Below are positions 23,127 through 37,559 of a stretch of 64,000 nucleotides of DNA, piece by piece; position 1 is the first letter of the stretch, and the number at the start of each line of letters is the position of its first letter. Source of the DNA: Chrysomallon squamiferum (Eukaryota; Animalia; Mollusca); NCBI GenBank assembly GCA_012295275.1, contig CM022679.1:25978001-26042000 (forward strand), given 5' to 3'. The position numbers and the translations under genes are program-made. Under the pieces are notes generated by a model, which worked only from the letters and a program-made list of their open reading frames with translations, was not told the DNA's origin and did not search any database.

Positions 23127-24115
23127 AGAGTTTACATATCCTGGACAAATCAGGATATTCAAAAACCAGTCAGCCATTAACTTAGCTGAATTAATCTGAC
23201 AGTAAATGAACTCAGATGGATAAGGCTAAGATGATCAGAAACACAATATGAACAGAACATAAACAAAGATGCTTCTGTATCTACAGGATATATTTCTTTC
23301 AAAGCACAATCTTCTCTTCTGAAACTCTGGAACAATCCTTGAAAATGACACAAACTGTTCAGTAATGAGGGATGTTTTACTTGCTGGGAATATATGATCA
23401 GAATTAAATGATTCTAAAAAAGGTCACAAAGGTACATCAGGATCCAGAAGGACTGCATCAGTCCCTTCACCACTTATTGTTTTTTTTGTTTGATGATTAT
23501 TATTAAAATCATTTTTGTCTTGAAGGTATAAAGCTCCATACTCTTCTTTTGACACAAACTAATTATTAAGAATGAAGACAGAGCCAATTAAACTGGATTT
23601 GGAAATAAAACCAACATTAAAAAAAAAAAAAAAAAACAACACCAAACCCACCAAAAAACAACATTAAATAATCATTTATATTTTTATAAAATAAATATTA
23701 TTTAAAACAATGAAAGCATTCAGAGATGATGTAATTTTTAAATTTTTTATTATTATTTTACCGGTTTTTAAAAAATTATTTACATGTTTGCATAGACAGT
23801 GTGGATAAATCGCATGACTCCATACAGGTTTATGCTGTTATGCAAGGGACACCAGCATATATTGTAAATATAAGGTATACTTAGTATAAATAAATAAATG
23901 TTTTGCGTCTTTATTGTAGGTAGATCATTTTAACTTGGTCATTTAAACAGTAGCTCACAAACCAAAAAAGTGTAGAGTAACAGTTTAGTGTATTTTGAAT
24001 AAACAACAACAAACCACCAAAGATAAAAACCAACAAACATACGTAGCACACAGAAACATACGTACAGACAGAAACAAACGCGTACATAACCAGAAAGAAA
24101 CAAAAACGTACACAC

Positions 24116-24157
<42 letters not shown>

Positions 24158-26348
24158 ATGATGCCATGAGTAAAAAAAGTCTTCTCCCAGTAAATCATAT
24201 ATATATATCAACATAAAAAAGTATTTAAAAGATTTTCATATCCACGTAAAACACGGACAAAAAAATGTATAGAGAAAATGACAATTAAATGCAAATGATA
24301 CATACGAACACACTGATGTATAAACATACAGGCACCATGCACAATGATAATATGTTGAGATCCACATACACACACAGACACACAAACACACACACACATA
24401 TATATACAACAACAAAAAAAAAATGTTCTACAGCCAGATTATCATCTACATACACAGACAACACCTACAACATCTTACACACACATATACAAATATAAAC
24501 ATCCACATCCACACAGATCATACGCCCGCACGCACACTTACACATACCCCCAAAAAAACATAAGACGTACGCACATCCACACACACGTACAGAAATATAT
24601 GCGCAGACACAAAAGCAAACACATACACAGGTAGTACACTCTTACTAACATACACACATATAGATATGCCTACATAAAAACATAAAATACATGCATATTT
24701 ACAGCTTCCCCGGTCCTGTATTAACTGACTAACTAACCCTGTTACAGACGACAGTAACTTAGTATCAGTATTCAAGATCAAACACAAACGTAAACGCAAA
24801 ACTGTGAAATGGCATCCGCTGAAAACAGAGACCAGGACCACGCGAACCATGACAAATGTGCGTGTACGGATTAGAAGGATTACCGAACTGCGATGGCTGA
24901 AATCCTATCTGATTATCTTTTGCGGAAAGACACATGCCTTCAAGCAATTACCAATTTCTTGCTTGGGTTGTGGCGGGGTATGAACGAGGTGTACGTTCAG
25001 CTGTCGGGTCTTTCTCGGTACGAACGAGACAGAATCTGATTTAGCGCAAGTCGCTATCTTGATGAAACCGTCCACTGAAGCTTGTTGGTCTAAATGAAGT
25101 AAATCGGTGTGCAGATTTTTACTTTGTAATGTGTCAGTGTTCTTGCGTACGCATGTTGTCTGAATGAAAGAAAAAGTGTATAGATTTTTACTTTAGACTA
25201 TGTGTGTGCTCTTGGGCTCGGCTGTTTGTACGTATGTATGTTGTCTAAATGAGAGAAAAAAAATGACAGTAACAACACACAAAAGAAAAAGAAAAAACAC
25301 AACAACAACAACAACAAAAAAAAAATGATTACACAGTTGAAAAGGAAACATATAGAAGAAGAAGACGACGACGACGAAGAATACGAAAGAAACTTGATAG
25401 CTTTGCTCATACGGCCATTTTGCCAAAAAGTTATTCACTTTTGTTTTCCTATCTGTAACATCAGGATGTAAAATATTGCTGTAGGTCTTGTATCTCGCTA
25501 TCAGCTTCTTCTTTGTTCGCACGAAGTGATGCAAGTCTGAGCATTTTTATGAGCTTCTTGTTATTTTATTTTTAGCAAAGATTGGTTGTTAACTGTACCA
25601 CGTGGAAGCACATAACACTTTCGTACCATCAGAGATGTATTTTAACTATCATTGCATATGGTACAAGAGAGGTGTGTATGTGTACGTATGGGTGTGGGTT
25701 TTTGTGTGAGTTATAATAATAAATAAAAGTCGTATAATTATATTAACCCTTTCAATACGATTTTATTTACTGATATATAAACATTCTTAATAATTTTATA
25801 ATCATATTCATTATTGTATTATTATTATTGCTATTATTATTATTATTATTATTAACTTAGAAATTTACTTAATGTAGTTTGTTAATGTTAGTATTATTCC
25901 CCTTTGCTCACAACCGCTCTTGATAATAATTTATTAGCATAGAAAAATGTCTATGTGGACTTTCATTATTTAAATTTAAATTTTAATTATTTTAAATTAT
26001 TGTTATGTATTTCGTTGTTGTTGTTGTTATTATTATAACTATTATTATTATTAATAAAAAGTTGGAAATATAATAATAATGATAGTAGTACTAGTAGTAG
26101 CAGTAGTAGTAGTAGTAGCAAGGGTAGCAGCAGTAGCACTACTAGTAATAGTAATAATAAGAAGATATTAGGACTACTGTTATACTACTACTACTGTTAT
26201 TACTACTATCACTACCACTACTACTACTACTACTACTATTTTTAATACTAATAATGATAACTGTATTAATAATATGTGTAATCGTCTTCTTCATAAAAAA
26301 AAGAGTTTCAAACGTGATGTATTCCTATTTTTAATAGCAAACGTAACT

Positions 26349-26393
<45 letters not shown>

Positions 26394-27053
26394 ACTAATT
26401 TAAATCTATTTTTGTATTTATTTCTTGGGAGAAAGATGCCTGCAGCTCCCTATTCATGAACTAATATTTATTTTGTGTCTACATTCTATTTTTTTTTTAT
26501 TTTTTTTTTCTGCTAATCCTTATTATTAAAAAATTTCACCTGTAAGTATGTAAACGGAACAGTTAAACTTATCTCAGTATGAAACGGTATTAAGCGCGGA
26601 AGAGATGAAATTTCACTAGATTGTTAACAGTACTTTCTAGTTCTAATCTCGCGAGATCACGTTACACTAGCAGACGAGATGTAATGTTTCTTTAATCTCG
26701 TGCCGATTTGCATTCAGCTCTGCTCACAGCAGGCGAGAAGTGTCGCTGAAAAATAATCATAATAGCTCCTGTGATGATCATGCCAAAATATAATTATTTT
26801 CTGTCGTTGCATGTTGCTACAAACACGCATTATAAATTTACGTGTCACGAATGAAAATACGATACTTCAAATACTCTATATATATATATAGTAGTGATAA
26901 TCATGTTGATAGGCAAGAAAGTTTATTTTGTCAACAACTGCTTATGGATAGGAAAACATACAGAATAATAATACATCAGTCATGGAGTTCACAGCAATAT
27001 TTTTGATATTATACCCCCCAAATCTTTTAGTTATTGGAATGCATATAATAGTA

Positions 27054-27112
<59 letters not shown>

Positions 27113-27435
27113 ACTACTACTACTACTACTACTACTAATAATAATGTAATAATCATTGTAGTAGTAGTAGTAGTAATAGTAGCAGTAAGAGTAGTAGTAG
27201 CAGCAGTAGTAGTAACAATAAAAATAATGTCGAAAAAACAACAACTTCTACGACAGCAACAACAACAACAACAACAAAAATAACAATAATAATAATGATA
27301 AAAACAACAATAACAATAATAACATTAATGATAATTCCGACAATAATTGTAATTTTCGAGCTATTTTGTTTTTCTTAAACAAACAAACAAACAAGCAAAC
27401 AAAAGCCCCTCAAAACCCCAACATTATTCTAACCT

Positions 27436-27585
27436 ATAAAGGTGTCATTTCCAGCTTAGGGGCAGGTGCATATTAAACTACCTTACTGCTAACGGAACAT
27501 GAGTAACCTATATCGAGTTTCTTCTTCAGTCCTTAACCCATCACATAACTGCAGGTTTAAAAATATTTCTTCTTTTCTTTCATTT
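27436..27585 (+). mobile_element. Degraded SINE remnant (Meta-domain-like core plus 3' tail)
   Basis: ggtgcatattaaactaccttactgctaacggaacatgagtaacc...gtccttaacc resembles the recalled molluscan MetaSINE core GGTGCATATAAAAGATCCCTTGCTGCTAATCG..GAGTAGCCC and is an inverted match to 37620-37690 and 47860-47940. Confidence 0.55.
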
Positions 27586-27789
27586 CTGAGAACAAAAATT
27601 CAAGTTTTATTGTTATGTGTTCTGCTAAATGAAACGCAAGAAGGTGTTGCTATCATAACAGTGCAGACGTTTTTTTTTCTCAGATTATGTTCCAGTGTTA
27701 CTGATGTCCAAGGTCAAGGTTAATCAAGGTGTATGGAAAAATAAAATGACGTGATAATAATAGTCAGTTATTTAATACAGAGGAGGAGG

Positions 27790-27826
<37 letters not shown>

Positions 27827-28096
27827 TGAAGAAGAAATGTTATATTACTAAATAAATTTTATGGTCTGTGTGTAAGTACGTAGGTGTGGTATGTGCACGG
27901 AGGATGTACAAAAGGCCCGACGCCCCCGTAAAACAATAACCTAAAAAAAAAAACACACTCACAAAAAACACCAATAAAACAACAACACTCCCTTAAAGAC
28001 AAAAACAACCCAACACTTCTCAAAAAAAAAGTGTACTGAAGGTTTCGTTAAAATTATTGTTGTTATTTTTATTTACTATTAATTTTTTTAATACAG

Positions 28097-28170
28097 AACT
28101 TATGTAATAGCAACAATCAAAACAAATACATGTTACATCTAGAATATATATTTTACATACGTAATAATAA
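28097..28170 (+). repeat. Dispersed ~70-bp repeat, copy 1 (copy 2 at 35297-35370), each running into (AAT)n
   Basis: atgtaatagcaacaatcaaaac.aat.c.tgttacatctagaatatat.ttttacatac occurs twice. Confidence 0.85.
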
Positions 28171-28249
28171 TAATAACAATGAAATTGTTAATTGTTCACA
28201 CTTCTGATGGGCTTCTGGGATTCCTATTAGGGTCTAAGTTCTTGGTTGG

Positions 28250-28350
<101 letters not shown>

Positions 28351-29359
28351 AAGAGAGAGAGAGAGAATGGAGAAAACAAAAAGATAGTGAAAAATGGATA
28401 AACACACACATAGAGAGGGCAAAACAGACTGCTTTTACATAATCTTTGTATTTTTAACTTTTGCGATAAATATCAAACGTTATAAATTTAATTTAATGAA
28501 AAACAGAAACTTGATTTTATATTTAAGTATGCATTTTATACAGCACTGTTATTATTTTTAACTCTGCCATTTCATTTTTTATGTTAAAATTTAGATACGT
28601 ACTCAATGAAATAGAAACAAATTAACTTTATCTTTTTATTTTTTTGAATGTATGTGTATGTATGTTTGATGAAATAAAACAGAATAAAACAAGAAAAAAC
28701 AACAACTATTAATTTAAAATATAAATACAAACTGAATGAATCTAACAAAAACGCTTAACTTGTCTTTAATATATATATTTTTTTCATACATATAAACACA
28801 CACTGAATTAAACCGAGAGAGATTTTAAAAATTATTCTTTTATTATTACATATAATTTAAATATTTTAAAATCTAATTATCGAATGAAAACGAGGGAAAA
28901 CATTATTTATCTTCTTTTTTTTTTAATTATAATTATTATTATTTTTTTTTTTTAAATAAATAAATTCTGTGTAACACGGCATGGAGCATTAATTGTATCT
29001 TTTCATATTTCTAATCTTTAATTTTAGTCTAGTCACAATGCACCTACTCCATTTTTTTTTTTTAAAGATATTAATTACAAAGTGTCATATTCTATACCCC
29101 GCGTGGTGGGATTGGTGAAATAGTCATTAACGTTTCTAACAAGTAAAGAAACATATTCTAATAGGAAATGACATGATATTGTGTAAGTTATACATTTTTA
29201 ATGGTCTGTTTACTTTAGAAAATTGAAAAGGATCAGGTAACAAACAAGGTATTATTAATATTTTTAAAATTTTATTTCTTTTATTTTCGTAAGGTGGTGA
29301 TTGTATAAAAAAGTGCAATAGTCCCAACGTTCATCTGTGAAAAAAAAATACTGTTATTT

Positions 29360-29739
29360 ATTATTATTATCATCATTATTATTATTGTTATTATTATTTA
29401 TATTATGATGATCATTATAATCATCATCATCATCATCATTATTATCATTATCAGTTATTGTTATTGTTATTATTATTTATATTATGATGATCATTATAAT
29501 CATCATCATCATCATCATCATCATCATTATTATCATTATCAGTTATTATTATTGTTATTATTATTATTATTGTTATTGTTATTATGATTACATTATAATC
29601 ATCATCATCATTATCATCATTATTATCATTATCAGTTATTATTGTTATTATTATTATTTTTATTGCTTTTATTGCTATTACTATTATTGTTGTTGTTGTT
29701 ATCTTCATCATCATCATCATCATTATTATTATCATTATT

Positions 29740-29794
<55 letters not shown>

Positions 29795-29939
29795 TTTTTA
29801 GTTTTTCAGTAAGTTTGTCTGCTTTTTTAAAAGAAATCCCGAAAAAACATTTATATTATTATCAACATAACAACAACAACAGTAACAACAACAATAATAA
29901 AATAGCAATATTAAAAATAATAATAATAATAATAATAAC

Positions 29940-29992
<53 letters not shown>

Positions 29993-30030
29993 GAAGAAGA
30001 AGAAGAAGAAGAAGCAGAAGAAGAAGAACA
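29360..30030. repeat. Compound (ATT/ATC/AAT/AAG)n microsatellite with internal ~80-100-bp duplications
   Basis: tattatgatgatcattataatcatcatc... block repeated. Confidence 0.9.
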
Positions 30031-31648
30031 GTAGATAAATAAATAAATAAATAAATATATAATAATGAAAAATAAAAACATATATATATAAAATTGAAAC
30101 ATAAAATAAAATAAAAAATAAAATAAAATAAAAAAATAAAGAAAACACCACCAGAAAACAATCGTTATCAATATAATAATTTCCATTTAAGAAAAAAAAT
30201 GAAAAAGATTTAATTTTGTTGTGAAACCGAGTGGACCTGTTTTGTTGCAATTTGCAGAATTAATCTTATTTATCTAACGTCTTCTTTTTTATGTAAACAG
30301 TGCATCATGAATGCAGCATCAAATCCCATGGCATAACTTTTTCTGTTTACGAGAAGGTGCACATAAGAAGATATTTTGCCGCTAAAGATAAAAAAAAAAA
30401 AAAATTCTTCTTAAAATAACAAATATTTGATTATTAAAATAATCATTAATAGAAAATTATTCAGACATATCCAGTGATTTCGTTAAACAAATGAAGCTTT
30501 GATTTTTACAACCTTTCGAAAACATGCAAAACAATATATGTTTTTTATTTTTATTTTTTACTCCATGACCTTCGTTCAACAAAAAAGATGAAGAATGTCA
30601 AATATTTTCATCTTTATCTTCTTTAGTTATTTTTGTTTTGTTTTGTTTCCCCGGTTATTCGATTTTTTATTGCATATTTTTTATTTATTATTTTATTTTT
30701 ATATTTTTATATATATTTTTTTTTCTCTGTCTGTCACTAACTGTGTAAATCCAAACGAGCACTTTGCTATATATAAAAAAAATACCTATCCCCTAGATAA
30801 TACTACAGAACTTATCTGACAGAACCCCCCACTGGGCTGAATACAAAAGAACCGCCTCCAAAATGTCTCAACAGGATCCTTTATTAATCCTTCATAAAAT
30901 AGTCATTTAAATGTCCAATTTGTGCAATAGCCTTTTGAAGACACAACTTTATAGCTCTACCTGGTCCCCATTGCAAGCTATTGTTGAGCGAGAGAGACAA
31001 AAAAAAAAAAAAAAAAAAAATATCTTCCAAAACTAACGATGAAGAAAAAAAAAAAAAAAAAAATACCTTCCCAGCTACCATGGGAAACTAATGTGGAAGC
31101 CTTTTATAAATCGTTTGTGATGTTGCGGGTGTATATTGTACTGCAAACCAGTCCAGGGGTATTTTTTTTCTCTTTATGTGTTTTATTTTTTTTTATTTTT
31201 TTGTATTCAAAGTCAGTTGAGAATATTTATCAGACTGACAGTGTTAATTGTTGTTTGGTTGATGGGTTTGTCAGATCAAGAACTGACACGTCTTGTTAGG
31301 TGTTTTTAGTCTCAAGGCTCATTGTAGTAACGTAAACTCAGAAATTAATCATTGTGATCTTATGACATTTTATATAAACCCTCTGCGTTTTTATATATAT
31401 ATCTAGCAGCAAATAACTGTTTTGAAATATTTTATTTATATACGTATGAATTATCATTTGTAGGGTTTACTTTGATGTCTGTCAGTGTTTTAGTATTTCT
31501 CTGGCTACATGTAAATACGTTTGTTCTTGAAATAGCTTAGTTTTATTGAAACACACAAATAAACATTTATAAAGTATTTGTTTATGAATTGAAATGAATA
31601 AACATAGAAAGACATGCGTCTCAAATTCGACCGCACGTAAAGACAGAC

Positions 31649-31652
<4 letters not shown>

Positions 31653-31743
<91 letters not shown>
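31653..31743. repeat. (GA)n microsatellite
   Basis: Direct reading. Confidence 0.95.
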
Positions 31744-31745
<2 letters not shown>

Positions 31746-32329
31746 TCGAAGTAAGAAATTGAGAGAGTGATGGAGATATAAAAAGAAAGAAAAAAAAAAA
31801 ATTGAGTCTGTAGCTCTTTCACTTTTTGGAACAAAACAAAACAAACAAAACCACGCCCAAACATTTATCAAATTCATTACCATTTATTAACACATCATTT
31901 GTAAAGAAAAATGTTATTTTTTTCTCCAAACAAATCAAAGAGGTTTTTTTTAATTTTTTTCTCAGGCACGTTATTCCGCCATTCCATACAAACGAACGAA
32001 AATGTTAGTCGAAAACTGGAGTCAGATTTAATTTACTCCTTTCTCTACAATCTCAGTGTTTTTATGAAAAGTTCAATTCGCTTCACCATCAGCCAAATAA
32101 ATCGAATGTTTACATTCAATTTGCGAACAAAAGAAACGTGTTATTGTTTTGGTCAATGGAATGTGGTCAGTCATCGCCTGGTCAAAGACCTGGACGCACG
32201 AAAAAAAAAAAGAAAAACCAAAAACGAAAACACACCATGATGACAATAAAACATTTTAACGTCGTTGACGTCGCAACGGGTGTCCGAAAACTCTTAGAAC
32301 GTTCAAATCTTTAGCTGACCATTTCACGC

Positions 32330-33070
32330 AGTCGTCGGAAGTGTACAGATCCATCATAACTTTAAACCTAAGCCCAAAATATACAAGTCAGGTCTGTTTG
32401 TAAATCCGAAACAGACGATATATGCATCCTTGCCAAAAGTGGAAGAATTTGTCGTAACGTTTAAAACTGTATCAAAGATAAACCAAAACTACTAAAAATG
32501 TTTCATAAAACGGTCGCATGCAATAATGCAGGTGTAATCATTCTAAAGTCAAAAGTGTATCTTCAGAAAAGTAGAAGATGTACAGGTCTATTGTAAGTTA
32601 GAAGTAATGTCAGAGCTGTAAAGACGAACCATTACAGCTAAGTCAAAGATGTACAGATATATGGGTATTTTAAATCTCAGTCTATGTATTTTAAAACTTA
32701 TTCAAAGATGTACAGATTTATGGTAATCTAAAACTTCATAAAAGGTGCGGACATTTGCGTTAATTTTAAAACTAAGTCATAGATATATAGATCCATGGTA
32801 ATTTAAAAAACAAAGTAAAAGGACCACAGATATGTGGTAATTTCAAATTAACTTTATTTATTATTATTATTTTATTTGCATTTAAATATATACGTATATA
32901 GGTATTTATACACATTGGTTTTTTGTGTGTCTTTATACGTTTACGATAAATAAAACAGAGAAAACCATTATCTTTTTAAAGTCAAAGATGAACTAATCTG
33001 TGGTATTTAAAAATTACATCAGTGCTATAGAAATCTGTTGTAATTTAAAGTCTATGGTAATTAGTAACTT
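32330..33070. repeat. Degenerate ~38-bp minisatellite (agtcaaagatgtacagatctatggtaattttaaaacta-like)
   Basis: Units recognisable at ~32641, 32700, 32738, 32776, 32814, 32980. Confidence 0.7.
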
Positions 33071-34854
33071 TAAAAAGTACTAGAAGTTTGAAAGCTAAAA
33101 GCAGTGACATACCTACTTAATTTAACTCTAAAGCTACGTTTAATACGTGTATTCCTATATCGAAATTAAAATTACTTAGACATATTTATTTGCAATCTTG
33201 TCCTGACACCCCATCACAAATATCTGACCCATAATTTTTTTGTTCAGCAATATATAAATATTTATAACATTTAATTTTCCAAAGTTTTCTCTCTCAGAAA
33301 GCCTCTCTCTCTCTGACTCACTCTCGCTATCTCACCTTTTAGAAATAAACTTTGCGGAGAAAGAATTTGTAAAGCGGCACAGAGTGTTTACGAGCGTGTT
33401 TGTTATTAAATATGAATAGTTTCGTCTATCATATAGCGATTTGATTAACGTATGCTGTCAAAACGTAAACGTGAAGAATACATTTTCTTTTTAAATCTTC
33501 TTCTTTTAAGACACCGTCTCACTAAATTCCAATCCAATCTTGATGAACAAGCCGTGAAAAAAAAAAACTTTTTAAAATGTAAATTAATATCAAGCTCGAC
33601 TCGTAGTTTATTGTTCTGGTTTCGAAGTAACATTAAATTCCTGTCGAACATGAAAGGAATTTGTCAACAAGTACATCTAAAAAAAAAAAAAAAAAAAAGA
33701 ATATTTTTAAAAAGATATATTCAGTTATTGGTTTCGTATAACCGGAGTTAACAACACTGAATCTCGAGAAGAATAAAGGATACATAATCTAGTAAAAAAG
33801 TCAAAAATAAATATCTTTTCTTTTCTTTTTTTTCTTTTTAATGACTGAACTATTACACCAATTTACACCAATCTCTGTATTTTAAAAAAAAATTTAACCC
33901 TTCTTTTTTAAAAGAAAAAAACAACTTTTTTCTTCTTCTTATCGTAGTTTTCTTTTTTTAGATTTTAAAAAATCTCTTCTGCTGCAATCTTATACATGTT
34001 CATTCAAGCGTTGGACACGGTAAAGCTTTATGAAAACATAATATTAAGAAAAATGCACTTCAAAAGAGTTAATTCTAGCGTCAGTTTGCAATTATAAATT
34101 CATCCCTTTTTTTTTTTTTCAGAATCGAACGCGCTCGTCTAGTCATAACGTGCACTGCTGCTTTCTGTAGAATCTCTGAATCGACGACAACAACACAAGA
34201 GAGAGAGAGAGTGAGCGACACCAACAATGGCGTCTGAGATAGTTTTGATGGTTTGCTCTGTGGATATGTTTTCTAGCTGAAATAATACGTACACAAGCTG
34301 CCAGCGAGTGTTAGTAATGTTTCCACCTCATCGGCGACGTTGACAGCAACGTCATAGGCGTAGCGTTGTGTATGAATACGCGATGGTGGTGGGTTTTTTT
34401 TTTTTTTTGGTGATTTGCAATAGCCACACGTTTTTTCATATCAAAGTGAGAAGAGAAAGTATGAACTGATAAATGGAAAATGAGCGAAAGAAAATTTATA
34501 GATGTTCAAATTGTTTTGAAGCGTTATTTTTTCTGATTATACAAGAAGCTTTAAATATGCTTAGAAATTATATATATCAGAAAGACAATTAGCTAGCTAG
34601 CCAGATAGATAAATAGTTAGATAGATAGATAGATAGACAGATATATATAGTGGGGGAGAGATTTATACATACAGAAAATACATAAATTAAGAAATATATA
34701 TATACAAAATAAAATAAAATAAAATAAAATAAATGACTAAATAATATATTTTAAATGGTTATAAATGAATAAATACCTGAATAAATATTATAACGAAATA
34801 AATAAGTGATCAAATAAAATTAATTAAAAAATAAATAAATTAAAAAAGTTAAAA

Positions 34855-34885
<31 letters not shown>

Positions 34886-35296
34886 CAGTTATAACAAAAT
34901 TAATTTTAATAATATAGAAATAAATTTTAAAAATTTAATATAAATAGCTATTTCTGTTGCATTTTGATTTTTATTCAAAACAGTTCATTTATCATATTTT
35001 ATGTTATTTAAGCAGATTGCTATATAACATTCTTTTTTGCAGCTATTACAATGAAAAGAACTCAGAGTCGAAGAGAGAAACTGCGATAGAAAGAGGGAAA
35101 GAGAGAGAGAGGGAAAGAAAGAGAGAGAAATAGAGAGATAGAGGGAAAGAAAGACAGAGAAATAGAGAGATAGAAGTAGTAGGCAGTTACTTTGAATAAA
35201 GCTTGTACTGATGATGTCGTTAAACATTATGATGATGATGATGATGATGATGGTGGTAATGATGATGGTGATTTTATTATTATATTTTTGATATCA

Positions 35297-35517
35297 AACT
35301 TCATGTAATAGCAACAATCAAAACCAATGCTTGTTACATCTAGAATATATTTTTACATACATAATAATAATATTAATAATAATAAGAAGAATAGCAATAA
35401 TAACAATAAAAACAATAACATCAACAACGCCAACAATAATAAGAAGAAGAAGAAGAAGTAGAGGAAAAAGAATAAGAATAGCAATAATAATAACAATAAT
35501 AATAATAATAATAATAA

Positions 35518-35553
<36 letters not shown>

Positions 35554-35587
35554 GAGGAAAAAGAATAAGAATAGCAATAATAATAAC

Positions 35588-35647
<60 letters not shown>

Positions 35648-35768
35648 AAGAAGAAGAAGAATAAGAATAAGAATAGCAATAATAATAACAATAGCAACAA
35701 CACCAACAACAGCAATTATAACAATAATAATAAGAAGAAGAAGAATAACAATGGTAGTAATAATATAA
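35297..35768. repeat. Dispersed repeat copy 2 followed by compound (AAT)/(AAG) array with internal duplication
   Basis: gaagtagaggaaaaagaataagaatagcaataataataac occurs twice. Confidence 0.88.
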
Positions 35769-37559
35769 TTAATACATATATTTTTTTTCTTTTCGTTTTT
35801 TTTTTTTTTTTTTATATAAAACAATTCACCCCAATTTCGGTCTACAAAACTCTTTTCTGTATTCTTACAACATAAAACTTGCATTGTGTTGTTTGGCTCA
35901 GACCCAATAACACATTGCTGCGGGGTAGACGAGATAAACTCAGATTCACACTGTCTCAGCGTCTGATAGACAGAAACCCAGAAACGAAGATCTCGGTAAC
36001 GTGAACAATACGAAACTAAACCATCGTGGGCAACCGAAAACGAGGTCTCACGTTTCTTGCCCGTTCGCAGTTTAAGGGTTTAGAGCTCGGCTGTATGGCC
36101 GGCATTATGCGCCTGTCAGCTGGGGTTTTTTGATATTAATCATGTGGAAAAGGGTCCTTATTCGGTATCACCGCATCTCGTTTTAGGCATAGTAGTACAC
36201 CCCACCGAAGTTTTCAACACCGACCTTCAGCGCGCTTAATGAACGCCTGTATCGGTTGATGCAAATTTAGCTCGAGTTACCGTTCCTGAGTAAATCTTAA
36301 TTTTTTTTAAAAGAAAAACGAAAAAAAAAAAAAAAAAAAAAAAAAAAAACGAAAAGAAAAATAAACTGTTTTAAAACGGATGTTGTTGTTGATGATGTCG
36401 ATGATGGTTGTTCAAAACGAAATATTAGTTTATCTTTGTTTTGCTAAATTATATTTCTTGTTATTGTTTTTATTATTATTTTTTTTAAAACTTCTTTAAA
36501 GGTTAAATGATGGAATATCGGAATATCTTGTATGTGCTTATTTATCTATTTTTTTTTTTTTTTTTTTTTTATTGTCTACCTTTTTACTTCTTCTTCTCAT
36601 TGACCCACATTATCTCTCCGTTTTCTCTCCGTTTTCTCTCCCTCTCTCTGAACACACATATACACATAGATACATAAATTATTCGTTATCTTAATTTTTT
36701 TTTTTAAGAAATAAGATACTTAATTTTATATCTCAAAAAAAAAAAAAAAAAAAAAAAGGAAGAAAAATAAAATAAAGAAGGAGAAAAAAAAAAGAAGAAA
36801 AAATCCACTAACAATAACACAGTGACAATCAACAAAAAAAAAAAAAAAAAAGACAACAACCAATAGTCCCCACATGAAATAAAATGTTTTAAACAAACTG
36901 TGCCTGAAACATTTTTTAAAATTCATAATCCATTTTTAAGCCAGCTGACATGCGAACTATTCTGAGAACTATTAAAATTTCTGAGTGGGAAATGTTTACG
37001 AAGTGTTTAGGCTTCTGGTTACATGGTGGGTGAGTAAACAACGTGAAAGACCGCAAACTCGTAGTTTATGACTATCACAGTGATCCGCCTACAACGCGAT
37101 ACCATAGAAAAAAAGATTTTCGTGGGTCAAGTTTTGTATTTCATTAAATCAGCTGATGAATTTGTTTAGAAAAAGATACATAAGCTATGTGAAACCGAAT
37201 ATCTGAAATTAAAATCTGCACTGTTGGTTTGAAAACGGTATTACAGACGGTAAATAAAATATAATAAAAATGCAGGTGGTGTCTCTTTTGAATTGTGCAG
37301 AACTAGGGGTGTGTGTGTGTGTTCATTAACAGAACTCTCCTCATCAACCTAGTTATTTTCTAGCTATATATTTTCCTGTTAATGATAAAAAATTAAAATT
37401 TAAATTTAAAAAAAATAGAAAAAATATGGCACATTTCTTTGAAAACTGTATGTCATAACAAACATTTAGAAGACCTTCGTTGTTATTTAATAAAATCTAT
37501 AATTATTTGAACGAAACAAATATTCTGCATGATACATGATAATTCACAATCTGCACGTT

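Noticed and set aside
28109-28122. Minus strand matches the first 14 nt of miR-315 (TTTTGATTGTTGCT)
   Set aside because: The 3' half diverges, there is no hairpin, and it is part of a dispersed repeat.
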